Source: Andalucia godoyi And28 (Eukaryota; Protista; Jakobida). From it: a stretch of 64,000 bases of DNA. The DNA is taken from assembly GCA_009859145.1 (NCBI GenBank), contig VRVR01000012.1, positions 186,001-250,000 on the forward strand. Reading direction: 5' to 3'. Under the pieces are notes generated by a model. It made no database searches, was not told where the DNA came from, and saw only the letters and a list, made by a program, of their open reading frames with translations. Within the stretch, counting starts at the first letter, position 1, and each line of letters begins with the position of its first letter. The translations under genes and the position numbers were made by a program. Below are positions 19,724 to 30,020 of the stretch, one piece after another.

Positions 19724-19954
19724 GGACAACGGGGGAGAAAAGCAGGGAGGTGGGGGGAACAGACAAACCGCCCAACCAACCAACCAACCCAACAAAAGAA
19801 GTGGAATAAGAGGAAAGCGCATACGAGACCCACAAACAGACCCATCCAAAACAATGACAACAACAAAACAAAAGAAAACAAAACAAAGAAAACAAAAACA
19901 TATCATTGTACATAATCAAATACAATTTCGCAAAGCAAAAAAAAAAAAAAAAAG

Positions 19955-22348
19955 CTAGTCTGCCTTCACTTTCAATTTCATGGAAACAGAAGACAAGATG
20001 CGTTTCATCAACAGCCGTCGCGGCCCAGCCTCCAGAACAAATCTCTGTACAAACTCCCGCAAATCTTCGAAATCTGTCGAAACAACCCCAGACTTGTGTC
20101 CAAGAGAATAGATTTGCTCCCGAGGTGGAGGAGGGACAACGGTGCCTCGTGAAACGTGCTGCCAAACCTTGCTTAACGGATAGTAGGAAACACACAGCCC
20201 GATAAGCTGGCGTAATCGATAGAACAATGCCCCGATCGGCATGGGAATCGTCTGCAGAAGAAAATAGTTGGTCGTTAAGCGGCGAATTCGAGCTGGCATC
20301 CTGATTGTAGACAGCGAAGAGACAGACGCGGAAGTGCGCAGTGTGGATCTCCGGGCACCGATCGCTTCATCCTCCATGCCCGCAGGGGTCGGTTGGTAGA
20401 CCTTGACTTCAAAGGAGACACCGCCCGGAAGAAGCTCACTTTGCGCCATCCGAATGTAGAGCGAGTAAAATGGAAAATGGCTCAAAAGAAACACCTGGAC
20501 GTTCAGCAGGAATTGCATGGACAGGATCACCAATCGAGCAAGTGCAAAGAACGAATAGTACATGGCAACGGTCGGAAACAGAAAAAAGGTTGCACAGAAC
20601 AGCAGCGTTCCTAACAGAAGCTGCTCAAGATCGTATTCGTGCGAATCCACTCTCTTCCGGAGGACATTGTATTTCTTCCCTGCAAACAAAGCCCAAAAAG
20701 AGCGCATGACGGACAATTGCGCTTTGTAGATAAATGCGGCGCAAACATACAACACATAAACGTGAAATGTCAAAATGGAGAAGACGTCACAGGCAATGGC
20801 AATCATGACTGAAGCCCCAGAGAACCCGGTAGCGCAAACAAGGAGCAGAACAGCATACTCACACGCTCGCACAACATTGATGATCATCTCCCAGTAGAAG
20901 AGAGCGGACAGAGCCGCCTCTCCGAGCCATACAGTGAGTTCGGGATTTAATTTGAAACCCGACGGTTCGCCCATGAACCACGTCACATAGGATCTCAAGA
21001 CGTTATTCTCAATGAATAAGTAAAGATCGTTCAACGACAACAAGACATGATCGGCATGGTAGAATAGCAGGAAGGCACCAACAAGCCCCAAAAACGAGTC
21101 AATGGCTGCTCTCACAACAGAATCGTAAAGTTGAATTTGTTTCGCACGGTAGGAGGCATCGCACACAAAATACGGCAGCCGCTGCAGTAAATCAAGTTGC
21201 TTGTGCAGAGACGGCCAGGATCCCAGTTCACAAATCCGGAACTCCGCCTGCAGGGAAGCAAGAGACAGCGCTCTGAGTTTCATCGGCATTCCGAACATCC
21301 AGGATGGTAACTGCAGAGACAGCAATGACTTTGCAGCATCTGAATACAGCTGGAAGAGAAACAGCGCGAATGGGGAAAAGAGGAGCATGATGTTCATCAT
21401 GAAATGCAGACACAACTTCGGGATCGCAACCAGGAGTTTCGCAAAGAACGCAGACGATGGAACACTTGCTGTCCGAGATAGGACCATCCTTTCTCTACCG
21501 GCCCTTCTTCCAAACGACTGCTCTGCAATTCCATCGTCGATAAACGCAAGCACAGATCGAGCACTGTTGATCTGCGAAATCACCATCTGCATTTCACGAC
21601 GTTCATCCAGTATAGGATCCGCAGGCCGCGCATCCGGCGCTGCTTGGTCAAACGCCGAGGGATCCAAAGAAGGCGGTGCGGAAGCGTAGAACGTCCCTGG
21701 AACCGGATAGTCATAAAAAATGATCTCGTTGTTGTTTGTCAAGAACCGGTGTCCACAGCAGTACACATCCGAAATCACCGGTCGTGACTGATCCGTCTCT
21801 GCCGGCACGCATCGGTACCAGAGGTTCGCAGCATCCTTGTACAATTGGACATCTTCGCGAAGCCTCGCTGAAAAATCGTGATCCGCACCAGACCCGTTGC
21901 CTGGCCCATGTTCTCCACTCCCGCTCCCACTCTCATGCTTTGAAGAATTCGAACTTGCGTCCGATCCAGCATCACTGTCCTGTAAGCTTGCCGCCTTCGT
22001 GTGATGATGATAATGACTTCCATTGCCATTGCCATGCCCATTGTTGTTGTTGCTGCTGCTGCTGTAATTGCTGCTACTACTATGGGGTTCATAGGGCGAT
22101 GCGCTCAAAGGAGGGCACCATTCACCAAGGATCATGAGGGATACCGACCAGCCTTTTGCGACGCCATCGAACGAAGATTCTGAGGAAACAGAGTTGATAA
22201 TAGACTCGAGCACCCCAAGATCGACTCCGGAAACAATGCACGCAATCACAGAATTGAACTTGCGAGTATTCCAGCCAATCAAAAACCCAGGCTGCTGAGG
22301 AAGACTCTGTGATTGCGGCCAGTATATCAAGCAACGCTGATCCATCAT
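19955..22348 (-). CDS. PIGQ: GPI-GlcNAc transferase subunit PIG-Q/GPI1
   Basis: Motifs WFMGEPSGFKLNPEL and LFAGKKYNVLRKRVDSHEYDLEQLLLGTLLF with a TM cluster. The probable start is MMDQRCLIYW at 22348. Confidence 0.93.
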   Translation of the reverse strand: MMDQRCLIYWPQSQSLPQQPGFLIGWNTRKFNSVIACIVSGVDLGVLESIINSVSSESSFDGVAKGWSVSLMILGEWCPPLSASPYEPHSSSSNYSSSSNNNNGHGNGNGSHYHHHTKAASLQDSDAGSDASSNSSKHESGSGSGEHGPGNGSGADHDFSARLREDVQLYKDAANLWYRCVPAETDQSRPVISDVYCCGHRFLTNNNEIIFYDYPVPGTFYASAPPSLDPSAFDQAAPDARPADPILDERREMQMVISQINSARSVLAFIDDGIAEQSFGRRAGRERMVLSRTASVPSSAFFAKLLVAIPKLCLHFMMNIMLLFSPFALFLFQLYSDAAKSLLSLQLPSWMFGMPMKLRALSLASLQAEFRICELGSWPSLHKQLDLLQRLPYFVCDASYRAKQIQLYDSVVRAAIDSFLGLVGAFLLFYHADHVLLSLNDLYLFIENNVLRSYVTWFMGEPSGFKLNPELTVWLGEAALSALFYWEMIINVVRACEYAVLLLVCATGFSGASVMIAIACDVFSILTFHVYVLYVCAAFIYKAQLSVMRSFWALFAGKKYNVLRKRVDSHEYDLEQLLLGTLLFCATFFLFPTVAMYYSFFALARLVILSMQFLLNVQVFLLSHFPFYSLYIRMAQSELLPGGVSFEVKVYQPTPAGMEDEAIGARRSTLRTSASVSSLSTIRMPARIRRLTTNYFLLQTIPMPIGALFYRLRQLIGLCVSYYPLSKVWQHVSRGTVVPPPPREQIYSLGHKSGVVSTDFEDLREFVQRFVLEAGPRRLLMKRILSSVSMKLKVKAD

Positions 22349-22363
22349 GAAGAAGCGAATCTG

Positions 22364-22392
22364 CCCAAGTCCCAAGTCCCAAGTCCCAAGTC
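22364..22392. repeat. (CCCAAGT)4 tandem repeat in the PIG-Q upstream region
   Basis: Directly visible heptamer array. Confidence 0.9.
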
Positions 22393-22868
22393 CAAGGCTC
22401 CACACAACAACAAGACACGCGTAATACAATTAATCCATCATAAAAAAGAAAGAAAAAAAGAGGAAAAAGAAAAGAGGAAAAAGTCATACAAACGCAAAGT
22501 TGAAGCAATACGGGCTCAGCAAATTCTCGCTTTCCCCTATCCCAGTCTCTTGTCTCTGAGCGTCTTGCCTTGACTGTGGATTTTTGAAAATGAAAACCCC
22601 TGTGGAATCAGCGCAGCTGTAGTTCCAGTCTTATTTTTTTTACGTCAAGCACCAATGACCTTACTCATTTGTTGTTGTTGTTTTTTGTCAGAGCTTTCGA
22701 TCTTACAGCTTCTCCAGAGCACACAGAAGGAGAGGAAAAGCCAGGCTTTCTTCGCGTCCTTCTTTGATTCCACTCCATAAAACCAAAGCAAGAGAGTTTT
22801 TAATTAGAAAGAAATAATTAAAAAACAGGAAGAAAGAACAGAGGGGGAAAAGAAAAAAAGAGAGAAAC

Positions 22869-23649
22869 ATGCCTCGTCGAGCTCCCGTTGCCGAAGATGA
22901 TGATGTCGAGCTTCAGCAAAAGCGTCCTCCTCGCGCCCACATTGCATCGCCTGCCAAACTCCGCGCCTCTCGTGTTGCGTTTCTGATCCTGACGATTGGA
23001 ATTGTTGTTTTTGGATATGGATATTTCGAGAACTGTACGTGCTCCTTTTTCACCGTTCACTTTGCCTTGCATGGCAACTGAAATTTCTTGTATAGGGCTG
23101 TTCTTCTCTAATCACTTTGGTTTTTTAATATTATATATATTTGTGTATGCATGTCCTTAATCGATAGTCTGGATCAAAGGAGAAGCGTCGATAAGTAACA
23201 CGGATACGACTGTGTACTATGGTCTGTTCCGTCAACAGACTGAAATGGTGAATGGAGACACTACGATTATCACAATCACCCCGCTTTCAAAGGTGTCTGG
23301 CGTTCCGGACTTCAGCACTTATGAGGACACTGCAAAGTCGTGCGTCGGGCTTGCAGGGACGACGATCGCATTCGCCTTGCTTGCGTGGATTGTTGGGCTT
23401 TTGGTTATCTTCTCGCTTGGATCGCATTATGTGGATCTCTCTTGCTTGCTTCTGACATTCCTTGCCGTGTTCTTTGGAATCATTACAATCGCAGTGTTCG
23501 AAAGCAAGCGCCCCAAGTCTGGTGCCGATGGCTCGACCTACAAGCCTGCTTGGGATGACTTCAAGATCTGGACTTCGGAAGGCATGGCAATTGCTGGTAT
23601 CCTTTTGTTCTTCTTTGCAGATATCCTTTTGTTTTTGGGAAAGCGGTAA
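22869..23649 (+). CDS. Claudin/PMP22-like tetraspan membrane protein, copy 1; exons 22869..23034 and 23168..23649
   Basis: A phase-1 GTACGT...TAG intron (23035..23167) restores TM1-NFWIKG...YYGLFR (W...GLW-like loop) followed by three more TM helices. Confidence 0.75.
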
Positions 23650-24074
23650 ACGAAAATTGAACAATTGAACGAGACAATCTCTTGAACGGGGGAGGAGCCC
23701 TTTATTGTAAAACCACACGGGATGCGTCTAGGCGCGTTGGGGGACCCTTTCCAGGAGGGGCAACGCATCTAAAACCAGCCTGGTATTTTTTGTTTTTGTG
23801 TTGCTGCGCTTGAACCGGTGGTACTGCTGCTTGTTTTTCTTTTTCAGAACAAGGCGCTGCGCGCCTTCGAGTTCGGAGTTCACTTGCACAAACTGGACGT
23901 TTCGTTCAACATTGTTTCGTCGACACATCGCACGTCTTGGTTTCGACAAAGAGCCTTTGGGAGAATTTCCCCAGGGCCGGGAGGGACAAAGTTTCTCTCT
24001 CTGTTCGCTGCCGTTTCCTTCCACGCTCAAAGACAAATATATCATACTACTGTCGGGAAAAAGAATACGAGCAA

Positions 24075-24689
24075 ATGGGAGTCGTGAAACGGACGTTGAA
24101 CGGAGTCGGAGTGTTGCTGATCTCGCTGTCGTTGGCCGCGTTGTTGGTCGGTTATCTCTATCCGTACTGGCTGCAGTGGGACGACCCGTCGCAGGCGGTC
24201 CCCGGGTTCGTGTCGTCAGACTCGATTCGATGGGGCATCTTCAAACGCGAACTGAAGTACAAGATCAATGATGACACGTATGTAGTGCACACGGACATCG
24301 GCGACGTGCCTTCTGCCCAGCAGCCCGAAATCAGCGATTATGAAACGACTGCCGATATTACAGTGATTCTTGGGATCGTGGCTTTGGCGCTTACTGGTAT
24401 TGCCTGGCTGCAATCGATTGCGCTGCTTGCAATTGGAACAAAGTTCCTTGCCTTCTTCACAACACTCACCACGATTCTTGCGTTCATCATGACAATCGTG
24501 ACGTGGGCATATTTTCAAGGAAGCCGACCCAAGGGTGCCAATGGAGACTGGGACGAGTACCGAGTGTACGCAAGCTTCGGGCTGTGGGTCGCTTCCTCTG
24601 CTGGTCTTGGCATATCAGCGGCACTCTTCACCCTTGGTGGTTCCGGAGGCTCTCTCCGCGGATCTAAGAGCAGCCGAAACTTCGCGTAA
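24075..24689 (+). CDS. Claudin/PMP22-like tetraspan membrane protein, copy 2 (intronless paralogue)
   Basis: TM1-YPYWLQW...RWGIF, four TM helices, and SRPKG..DW.EY..YASFG matching copy 1 (SKRPK..AWDDFKIWTSEG). Confidence 0.78.
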   Translation: MGVVKRTLNGVGVLLISLSLAALLVGYLYPYWLQWDDPSQAVPGFVSSDSIRWGIFKRELKYKINDDTYVVHTDIGDVPSAQQPEISDYETTADITVILGIVALALTGIAWLQSIALLAIGTKFLAFFTTLTTILAFIMTIVTWAYFQGSRPKGANGDWDEYRVYASFGLWVASSAGLGISAALFTLGGSGGSLRGSKSSRNFA

Positions 24690-24924
24690 CGACATCCAAC
24701 TTCTTGCGTTCTCGAACAACATATTTGAATGTGTGTCAAAACCAAACTGAAAAAATAAATGGCGATGTTTCCTCGCAACATGTAGCTGTCGAGGAGTCCT
24801 TTGGTGGGTATTAACGACACGACATGGAAACAAACGCAGCACCAAGGAACATAGGAATGAATAACACACACACACACACACACACACATTCTCTCTCTCT
24901 CTCTCTCCCCTCCCTCTCCCTCAA

Positions 24925-25410
24925 CTAGGGAGCAGAGAGCCGTCGCAATCTACTGGTCACTCCTGCCAAATCTTCCGCAAAATTCTGAGAAGCTGGATGT
25001 GTCTGATGTCTAAAAAGCAAATCCATTGCCGTCCTTCCGTCGTTATCTCTGAAGAGTTGCAACGCACCGCTGTCGTTCAGTGAACATAACAGCTTGAACA
25101 TTGACTCATCTCCTTCCGCAGCCGCGATATGCAACGGAGTGCGTCCTCCAACAAGACACATCTTTGCTGGAATGGTTCCGCTTAGCGCAAATACGAAATC
25201 AATGGTAGTGTTGGCGTCTATCCGTGCTCCGAGACCGACCAGTGCAGCACAAGTATCCACCAGACGCATGTTCACTGCGTGATGAAGCAGCGTCCAACCG
25301 TGTTCGTCCACATCGTTCAGCGCAGTGAGGCTCAGTTTACCCGCCAATTCCAACAACCCATCCTCATCAGCAGTCACGATTTTTGCTCGAACCTGATCAT
25401 ACAACGCCAT
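24925..25410 (-). CDS. Ankyrin-repeat protein
   Basis: Ankyrin motifs HGWTLLHHAV, GGRTPLHIAAAEG and DGRTAMDL. The probable start is at 25410. Confidence 0.85.
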   Translation of the reverse strand: MALYDQVRAKIVTADEDGLLELAGKLSLTALNDVDEHGWTLLHHAVNMRLVDTCAALVGLGARIDANTTIDFVFALSGTIPAKMCLVGGRTPLHIAAAEGDESMFKLLCSLNDSGALQLFRDNDGRTAMDLLFRHQTHPASQNFAEDLAGVTSRLRRLSAP

Positions 25411-25678
25411 TCTGTGAAAAAGAAGCTTTATGGGAAGGCAAACGTTGATAGCTAGAAGGCCAAGAACGAAAAGGAAAAGGAAAAGGAAAAGGAAATAAAT
25501 AAAAATCTTAAACCTCGTGGTGCCGTGTCTCTTGCGAAGACACTGCATACATTTCCACAATTCTACAGGTGAGAGATCCCTGTGTCCAACAATTACATTT
25601 TTGGTGTTATCTTATGTAGAACGGACATTCCGCCCGCTTGGTAGTTTGGTGGTTTGGCGTACACATAACGTACCGCGG

Positions 25679-26761
25679 ATGGATGCTGCTGTTTGTCGAT
25701 ATCTTGCAGAGTGGTCCAAGGATTTCAACGTAGACAAGGCAAGATATGTGCCTTCCGCGGATTTGCTGCGCGGAACACCAAAGGTGACTTCTGCGGTGCT
25801 TTCATCCTCATCTTCTGATGGCTTCATCAGCACAGCGCTTGTATCTTGCGAGTTTGCGTATGAAAGCGGTATCAAAGTATCGTATTTTCTAACATTCATG
25901 CTTGTGGATAATGAAGTCGCGGAAGATCCGGAAGCAATCTTGTACTCCGTTCAAGGGGAGCCGTGGTTCTGGAACGACGTTCCGTTTGTTTCGGCAGTTT
26001 CTGGTACTCCATTTGTGTATGCGAAACAGAAAGACATTTCAGAGCTGGCAAAAACCATTCCCGAAAGCTACTGGTGTGACCAGCTGGCTCCTGGTGATCT
26101 TTGTGTGCCTGTTGAGGACAGCTGTGTGTTGGTGCTTCCTGGTAGGGCGTCCGCGACACTTTCTGTCGTGACAATGAAGAAGGAGACGCGAGACGGACCC
26201 GGGTCGGAAGTCCGTAGACGGATCTACGAGGATCGAATGGGTCTTGGAAAGCCAGCGCGTGTCTTTTATGCAATCCGGGCTCCATGGGTTGACGTGTATG
26301 CATTTCGGTCGCAGGTCGACGGCAAAGATTGTACTGTGCTTCTCACAGACGGCCTCAGTTCGAACTCACAGCTGGTGGATCATGCCATGAAATCAGGGAG
26401 TGCAGTCTGCGAGCTGGTTGCTTACGTTCCGGTTGGAGAAGACCAAAGGTTCGCCGCGGTGCTTTCTGCACTGTCCGCTCGCATTGTCGATGCGCTTCGG
26501 ATACCGGTTCGGGAGTCAGTGGATTCTCTGTTTGTTGTCGATGGATTGAATTGTCTGTTGATGAGACCTATTTTGCAAGGACACGAGGCCCGATTTGCGC
26601 ATTCGACGGCAGGATGTCCAGTCGTGCTTCGGATGCTCATGATCTTGTCAGACAACGAATCTACGCTCTTGCGCTTGAAAGGCACGGAGGAGTTGGTGGA
26701 CTTGTTCGGATCTTCGGATTTGTCTATCATCCAGAACACTCTTAGAAAGTCGCTTGTGTAG
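25679..26761 (+). CDS. Protein with a C-terminal Suppressor-of-fused (SUFU)-like domain
   Basis: VDVYAF...VLLTDGLS...CELVAY...V.LRML.ILSDNE..L.RLKG.EEL...L...R.SLV follows the SUFU-domain pattern (T.GLS, ELv, terminal R.Sv). Confidence 0.6.
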   Translation: MDAAVCRYLAEWSKDFNVDKARYVPSADLLRGTPKVTSAVLSSSSSDGFISTALVSCEFAYESGIKVSYFLTFMLVDNEVAEDPEAILYSVQGEPWFWNDVPFVSAVSGTPFVYAKQKDISELAKTIPESYWCDQLAPGDLCVPVEDSCVLVLPGRASATLSVVTMKKETRDGPGSEVRRRIYEDRMGLGKPARVFYAIRAPWVDVYAFRSQVDGKDCTVLLTDGLSSNSQLVDHAMKSGSAVCELVAYVPVGEDQRFAAVLSALSARIVDALRIPVRESVDSLFVVDGLNCLLMRPILQGHEARFAHSTAGCPVVLRMLMILSDNESTLLRLKGTEELVDLFGSSDLSIIQNTLRKSLV

Positions 26762-26865
26762 AAAAATAACAAACATTACGCTTTCTCTCCCTTCACATGC
26801 ACATTTTACTATCTTAATAAATGCACAAAATGGGGAGGAGAAAGCGCCGTCCATCTGAGCATGCA

Positions 26866-27489
26866 TCACAGATCCACGCCGACCTTGAGCTGGCCAGTCC
26901 TGTCTTCTTCGACCGATAGCAAACACTGGCCTACAATCTGGAGAACAAGAGGATCACGAAGGACGACGCTTCTATACTCGTCAAAGGTGATTCCACCATC
27001 ACGGTTCTTGTCAAGCTTCGCGAGGATCGCCTCGACAATCTCATCCACATTTTCTCTGGCTGCATTGGGGTTGAAGGCTTTTTGGACGTTGAAGGAGTCT
27101 GTAAGGAGTTTTCGACATTCTCTTCGATCAATCTCACCATCTTGGTTCATGTCATATACTCGAAAACAAAAATCCATCTTTTCGGACAATGTCCCCCGCA
27201 TCATCATGCCCATCGTTGTCATGAACTCGCGGCGATCCAACGATCCAGTCCCGTCTGCATCAAATGCACGAAACATTCCTGCAATTATAGCATCGTTTGT
27301 GAACCCAATGTTGTACATCAGTCTTGAAAACTCCTCTGGACTCAGCTCCCCGTCTTCCGACGTATCCGCAGTGTCGAACAACACCCCAAGCTGCGAAATC
27401 TGCGACTGCAATAGCTTGGTGTTCCGCTTCATTTCCGACAACACAAGGTCGTACGAAATGGTACTCGCCTTTCTTTTCCGACTGGTCAT
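26866..27489 (-). CDS. Four-EF-hand calcium sensor (calcineurin B/NCS-like)
   Basis: EF loops DTSEDGELSPEEF, DADGTGSLDRREF, DMNQDGEIDRRE and DKNRDGGITFDEY, plus LSEKMDFCFRVYD. Confidence 0.92.
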   Translation of the reverse strand: MTSRKRKASTISYDLVLSEMKRNTKLLQSQISQLGVLFDTADTSEDGELSPEEFSRLMYNIGFTNDAIIAGMFRAFDADGTGSLDRREFMTTMGMMMRGTLSEKMDFCFRVYDMNQDGEIDRRECRKLLTDSFNVQKAFNPNAARENVDEIVEAILAKLDKNRDGGITFDEYRSVVLRDPLVLQIVGQCLLSVEEDRTGQLKVGVDL

Positions 27490-28222
27490 TCTCCTTTGTC
27501 TTTGTTTTTTGTTTTGTTTTTGCTATTTTGATTTTGATTTTCAATTAACTATTCCAAAGAAGTGTGTATCCATACAGTAAATGGTTAATATAGAATAAAA
27601 AAACGAACAACGAGATTCACGCTGCCCTGCCGCCCCTCGGTTTCTTGGGAACAGAAAAAAAAAGGCAAGAATCTCGTCCAACTGCTAGCCTTACATTGAC
27701 GAGTTATGACGTTCTATGCACGAGCAGGATGCCGGAAGCAAGGAGTTCTCGTCTGCTGTCAAAAGCATTCAGCGACAGGTCTTTCTGCTTTGCTCTTTCG
27801 GAAATTCGGATCCGCGCGGAAAAGATCGGGCGGTGGAAGAAATTGGAACACGACTCGTGTGCTCGAGTGGCAGTAGAAACACATCACCGCCGCAACTCGG
27901 AACTCGCAGCTCGCAGCTCGCAGCTCGCAAAGGTCCGCTCGTCTGCTTTGTCCTTCTTTCTTTTGCGAGATCCCGACTGCGTGTGGGCTTCTGCAGAATA
28001 CGCTACAAAAAAACAAAAACAAAAACAAAAAAACAGGGAACAAGTAGGAAGGTGTGCGGGTGTGCTTGTGAGTAAGTGAGTGAGTGAGTAAGTAAGTAAG
28101 TGAGTGCGTGCGTGCGTGCGTGCGAACACTAGTGAAGAGGAGCAAAGGAACCACAGTTAGGAGCGCAAATAGATAAAAACGAAGAGGAAGCGAAAGAGTC
28201 CCAAGTGCTTCAGAGGTGCTGA

Positions 28223-28675
28223 ATGAAGAGGACTTTGGGATTTCAACTGCACATTAACGATCCTGAAAAGGTGGCTTGGATACTTGCGTCCGGGACAGAC
28301 GATTTGCAGGTTCATGTGGTCGGAAATATCTGGGAACTCGGAATGTGGCGTCCTGCAGGTTCACGGACCTTCATGCACCGACTGCCTTCCAACCTGTCCG
28401 ATTCCTTGTTCTATACTGCATCGGTGCAGATTCCCGCCAATGCGTACTCTGTCATTGAGTACAAGTTTGTGATTTTCAGCGCATCGGATGGAGCCATTAC
28501 CTGGGAAGACGGACTGCCGCAGAACAGAACCCGGGTTCTGTCGGGGATCGAAAGATCGGCAGATCCAGATTGCAACAAGCTTAGACAAGAGGTGTGGAAC
28601 ACCGCATACTCTCCATGTGATCCTGTCACCGACGAACAGGGAGTGCTGAACATCAGCTTTAACTTTCGACGATAG
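28223..28675 (+). CDS. CBM20 starch/glycogen-binding domain protein (may have further exons)
   Basis: VVGNIWELGMW and IEYKFVI...ITWEDG..NR are CBM20 hallmarks. Confidence 0.8.
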   Translation: MKRTLGFQLHINDPEKVAWILASGTDDLQVHVVGNIWELGMWRPAGSRTFMHRLPSNLSDSLFYTASVQIPANAYSVIEYKFVIFSASDGAITWEDGLPQNRTRVLSGIERSADPDCNKLRQEVWNTAYSPCDPVTDEQGVLNISFNFRR

Positions 28676-28848
28676 TTTCATGTTGTTCTTCGGGAACCTC
28701 TGTGTCTTTTCTTCTTCTTGATTGTACCATAAACCTGAATTGTTAACAGGACACATGGGGCCCCACACGGGCTCGCACTCTCGGGCTTTGTCACCACCAA
28801 GCGTGTGCGTCACAATAGCAACAACACTGTATGTGGAAGATGTTTACC

Positions 28849-29688
28849 TTATTTCGGCCATTGAATGGGCTTTTGGGCGATTTCTTGGGAAAAGTACGCA
28901 CGGGCGGCCTTCAGAGGTGGGATGCGCACCCGGCCAACCGTGGCAGGTGCAGGCCCAGGAAGCATGGCTTGCACAGCGACTCGAAAGTTGTCCGGGAATA
29001 TGCCGTCTTCCATCTCGGCGAGGAACTGCGGTCTGTGTACTCGCATCCATCTCATGAAGGAGGCCAGAAGAAGCGATGCCGGTACGTGGACAGGAGTCCA
29101 TTTCGGATTCTGTGGCGCAGCATTTCCTGACAGACTCGATACAACCATAGTCGATGTCGGGACGCCGCCAAGCACCGAGCCAGCACTAGGAAACCCAAGC
29201 ATGGGAAACCCTGCGTTCGTCATTGCGGAGTTTGCAAGAACAGACAGTTGCTGCAGTGTCACAGGATTTGAATTGGAACTCGCAGAATTGGTAGAGGATG
29301 CAGCAGCACCAGCAGCTTGGTTTAGTGCCTGTGCCTGAGCCTGTGCCTGAGCCTGAGCCTGAGCCTGAGCCTGCGGAAACGTCAGACCAAGGTTACCAGC
29401 AAACAGGCACGCATACCACCATGCGCAGAAGTGTTCGTTTGTCGTGAGATGCGCAACTCGGGTTTTCCCATTTGGCACAGCGTGCGGAACAGTCATTGAA
29501 GGGCCGTTTGGAAGAGGCTGGAATACTGAGGATGATGACTGTGACTGCAACTGCAGCTGTGACTGTGAATGCGACTTTCGACGAAGAATTACCACTCCAG
29601 GACAGTACACAAGACGCTTTTCCACTCTTGAAACATCAGCTTTGCGATCGGCAGAAACACTCTTCACCGCCACCTTCTTTATCCTCAT
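28849..29688 (-). CDS. Hypothetical protein, 279 aa, with a (QA)n tract
   Basis: An ATG ORF between microsatellite spacers, containing a coding hexamer repeat at about 29326..29372. Confidence 0.65.
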   Translation of the reverse strand: MRIKKVAVKSVSADRKADVSRVEKRLVYCPGVVILRRKSHSQSQLQLQSQSSSSVFQPLPNGPSMTVPHAVPNGKTRVAHLTTNEHFCAWWYACLFAGNLGLTFPQAQAQAQAQAQAQAQALNQAAGAAASSTNSASSNSNPVTLQQLSVLANSAMTNAGFPMLGFPSAGSVLGGVPTSTMVVSSLSGNAAPQNPKWTPVHVPASLLLASFMRWMRVHRPQFLAEMEDGIFPDNFRVAVQAMLPGPAPATVGRVRIPPLKAARAYFSQEIAQKPIQWPK

Positions 29689-30020
29689 TCCTTACAGAAC
29701 TCGTCTTCCTCTCGCTCCTGAATATACCCGCAGATACTTTTAATCAAAAAAAGAAGAATGACTCGAAATACGTACGTATGTATGTACGTATGTATGTATG
29801 TATGTATGTATGTATGTGTGTGTGTATGTGTATGTAAATATGGTTGCATGTAGGAGTGTGTAGAGAGACAACAACGATCTGGCTTTTGTTGGCAGCTTAA
29901 AACTCCTAACAGAAGAAAAAGATGTGAATTTGGTGAAATAAAAAGATCCGGCAGATTTCTCGAAGTGTGTCTTTTTAATTATTATTTTTTAATTTACGAA
30001 CGATGATGCGTTCAGTTTCT

